The notes beneath the pieces are model-generated. The model was not told the DNA's origin. It worked only from the letters and a program-made list of their open reading frames with translations, and ran no database searches. Source: Harriotta raleighana (lineage: Eukaryota). From it: a DNA stretch of 64,000 bases. The position numbers were made by a program, and so were the translations under genes. This document shows, one piece after another, positions 61,001-64,000 of this stretch. How positions within the stretch are numbered: the first letter of the stretch is position 1; each line of letters begins with the position of its first letter. The DNA is taken from contig JBNZDD010013730.1 in assembly GCA_050575255.1 (NCBI GenBank), forward strand, positions 3,991,671 to 4,055,670, read 5' to 3'.

Positions 61001-62183
61001 GAGACATCCTTACAATTTGTGGTTATTCTGATTGAATGGCACACCTGTGGTTCTGTAATTTGACTCTCCTTGTAAATGTCCCCTTTAAGGTCATTTGACT
61101 GTTTGCCTCTGTCACTTTATTCTGGATAGTATATCTCTACCTTGTTCAGCTATTTTTTTCATGAAGTTCTCAGGTGTGGCCCACATGTAGGGCACTTAGT
61201 GCACTCGACCAGTCACACTGCTCTGGCTGTCTCTAAGCTGATGGAGCCCAGAACAATGAATTGTTTTGTGGTGGGAACAGCATGTTAGGTGCAGTGATTA
61301 AATATGACACAGTCATATATCAAAAATAATTCTGTTTGTTACAGTGGAGGATTGGGTTCAAAAAAACAGCATAGGTAATGGATGTCATTTGTTCAAGATG
61401 AAAAATGAGAACAACAGTGTCAAAAAGGATAGCAATATAGACATTGATTTCCTGGCTTGGAACCATAGTCCTATTAAATTCCATTCTCAATAATTAAAGC
61501 TGAATAATATGTTCTACAGAAGGGGATACACTTCATTTTATATTAATTCCTACTACTATATGGACTGTTTTCTTTTAAATAAAAGACTAAGTACTTTTAG
61601 TGTAAGCTATGTTTTAATTGAATTTGCTGTGTATATCTCAGTGTCCTTTCATTTTAGAGAAATACTTAGCTGAAGGCTTTCTCCACGGAGTTCAGTTGAG
61701 AGACATTTCAATCAAATGGAAATAAAAGAGACATGGTCTACTGATGCTAAACAGTGGGATCCTCATGGAGTAGATTTGCTGACCGGCATTGATTTCAACA
61801 TCACTGGTTTGCTTATAGAATAATTAGGAGCTACTGTTTCCTTCCAATGGAAGGCATATAAGCTTTGCTGTTTTCATAGCCCTTTAATGAAGAACTTCTC
61901 TGAAAGGAAAGGTAGCTGCTAAAGTGGAATGATGTGGAACACACAAAGAGATACGCCTTTTCCATTGGAAGTACCTATAACTAGGTACCTTCTTTAGTTT
62001 TGCTACATTTGGGTTTTCCTTGGGGCTAGTGACAGCTCACTCACTGCAATCAGGTACTCTTTCAGAACCTGCTCTGACCAGCTCTTAGAATTGTGTTGTA
62101 GAGTGTGGTGACTGTATTCCTAGTGCTGTTATTGAGTCAGCATTGCATGTATTGTACTGTATGTCACTGGATGACATTCTTGT

Positions 62184-62230
62184 CAGCGCCTTGGGACGTC
62201 CTCCTGACGTGAAAGGCACTATACAAGTGA
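62184..62230 (+). mobile_element. Minimal family 'B' tail (stem-loop only)
   Basis: CAGCGCCTTGGGACGTCCTCCTGACGTGAAAGGCACTATACAAGTG. Confidence 0.8.
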
Positions 62231-62481
62231 TCAGCTTGTGTCATCTTTCATTCATGATCATGTACTCTGGCTCTCGTTTCCTCCCTTTGTCGACTCCTAC
62301 AAGATCATTTGTCCATTAACGCCTTCTGAAAATCCTCATGTATAACACACACTAGATTATTCTTGTGGACCAATCTGTTCCAACGTGTCTTTTTAGGCAT
62401 AACTTAACTTTCATGAACCAGTATAGACCTTGGAATTATCACCTTTACATTTATTACTTGCACTTGGATGAATTCCTTTAA

Positions 62482-62600
62482 AACATACAAACAGGCTTAG
62501 GCCATTTAGCCCCTCAAGCCTGTTCCACCATTCAAAAGATCAGGGCTGATCTGTAACTCAACTGCATTTACCCACCTTTGTTCCATACCACTTAACAAAC
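62482..62600 (-). mobile_element. CR1 3'UTR (same type as 53620-53710)
   Basis: AGGCCATTTAGCCCCTCAAGCCTGTTCCACCATTCAAAAGATCAGGGCTGATC. Confidence 0.75.
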
Positions 62601-62619
62601 CAGCAGAATCATGCATATG

Positions 62620-63080
62620 ACTTTTTTTGCAAAACAAGGATTGACGTTATCTATTTCTTAATCTCCTGATGTGACTATTTCAATTAATGAGCTGCAAAAT
62701 ATTCCAGGCTCAGCTCCCCCTACTTCTACTCTAATTTTCTTAAATATTAATGGATGAGTTCCATCAAGTCACATTTTCTAATGAATATTCAAACACTTCA
62801 CNAGTCACATTTTCTAATGAATATTCAAACACACTTTTTAATCTCCACTTCATTACCAATCTCTATTTTCTCTAAAAAAAAAGGTAATGCATCTCTTACC
62901 CCTCCAAATACTGGAAAGGTTATACCACCACTTGCTGTAATGAACACTATTTTATTTCTTTTTAAATTCCCTTCCAACTTCCGATCTTGTGTTTTTACGA
63001 GGCCTCAATTGTCCTTTGACTGTCTGTAATATATCTTCAAACTTTTCTTCTAATTCTTTAACTGATCCCAACAGATACTT
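62620..63080 (-). mobile_element. Ancient CR1 ORF2 fragment (region N-terminal to RT)
   Basis: LDGTHPLIFKKIRVEVGGAEPGIFCSSL...D*EIDNVNP resembles CR1 PDGIHPRILKE...IFQSSL...DWKIANVTP; contains an N at 62802 with a 30-bp overlap duplication. Confidence 0.6.
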
Positions 63081-63708
63081 ATTAAATTTGTTTCTGCTGC
63101 TTTTGTTGGAAATCTGTGTCAAACACCCTCTACTCAGGAGATAAGTAGGAAAATTATTTTCACTTCTCATGTGGTTTGAGGATTGTTCATTTAAATCTAC
63201 TCTAGTTCTGCACTTATGGACTAAATGTACTCCTGTGGAATTCACTGATGTTGAACTTGCATTGTGTACCACAGTATCACTATTGCACTATACATCACTG
63301 TACCACTCTTGCTTTTAGCGCTCTGCACCACTCCAGTGCCAATTAAAAGAAAAAAAAATTACGCTGTTTGATCCCCAAGAAGAATTTAATTAATCAAGCC
63401 AACTCCCTTACTGATTTGAACTGTCAGCGGGAAAATTTTTAATAATTGACTGGTCTTTGGAGCTTAATCAATGTAAGTTTTTTTTTCTGGGACATGAATG
63501 ATTTGCACAGTGAACTGTGAGGAAAAATAGCTGTAAGTAAGAACTAATATTGTTCAAGTAATTAAAAAGTAACTGGGCAATGCTGGTAAGTAGAATGTTA
63601 TTTTGGAGCTTAATTAGCCAACAAAATCCATATGACTTAGAGAAGGTATATATGAGCTGGAGACAAAAAAACATTGTGGTTTGCTTTTTTCACTCTAGTG
63701 TTACCATC

Positions 63709-63825
63709 AACAACAACAAAATTACATTTGCATAGCGCCTTTCACGTCAAGAGGACGTCCCAAGGCACTGGACAGATACTGCTTCAAACCCGAGCTGAGG
63801 ATGTGGGCGGNGGGGGGTGGAGGAG
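63709..63825 (-). mobile_element. Family 'B' tail element with C-rich leader
   Basis: (AAC)n AAAATTACATTTGCATAGCGCCTTTCACGTCAAGAGGACGTCCCAAGGCACTG...CCCGAGCTG followed by G-rich sequence. Confidence 0.82.
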
Positions 63826-64000
63826 TTGCCAATGGGTCCATTGAAGAGGAGTCTTGAGGCAAGATATATTGGTTTTGCACTAATAATCTTACAAACCCAA
63901 ATGCATTGATGTTTAGACTTGCATTGTGCACCACTAGCATTATATACCACTGCAGCTTTTAGAAATCCCAAGTATTAATAGCAGGTATAAAAAAAGTACA

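Noticed and set aside
62952-63272. 106-aa minus-strand ORF with a coiled-coil-like KELEEKFEDIL segment
   Set aside because: Overlaps a decayed CR1 fragment in a shifted frame; no splice signals or recognisable family.
1-64000. CRISPR array, operon, prokaryotic defence system, or known miRNA/snoRNA
   Set aside because: Vertebrate DNA; repeats are dispersed retroelement tails, not regularly spaced repeat-spacer units. I saw no mature miRNA I recognise, though my scan by eye was not exhaustive.

Overview
AT-rich, CpG-depleted vertebrate genomic DNA with no protein-coding, rRNA or intact tRNA gene that I can support. It is most likely a large intron or gene desert. The repeat landscape (L2 and CR1 LINEs, tRNA-headed SINEs with CORE-like/Deu-like middles and L2-type 3' tails) points to a cartilaginous fish (inference). 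The ORF-track entries I can recognise are decayed retroelement fragments; the rest look like chance ORFs. Contents: several L2 fragments (RT motifs LDLSAAFDTVDH, FVDDTQLY); several CR1 fragments; one fossil L1-clade RT; about 9 copies or fragments of a tRNA-Ala-like-headed SINE; about 7 older DeuSINE-like copies; about 11 very short 'tail-only' L2-type insertions; nested insertions; one 140-N gap; and six single-N joins, four flanked by duplicated sequence (assembly artefacts). Between repeats are several unique blocks dense in developmental TF motifs (candidate conserved non-coding enhancers). I found no convincing previously undescribed biological system. The best leads are the tail-only L2-type family, the covarying 3' stem-loop shared by three retroelement families, a palindromic CTCF-like/dual-G-quadruplex element at ~40.3 kb, a CpG-retaining unique block at ~33 kb and a candidate 6-nt microexon. 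Repeat boundaries were estimated by eye (about +/-20-50 bp).
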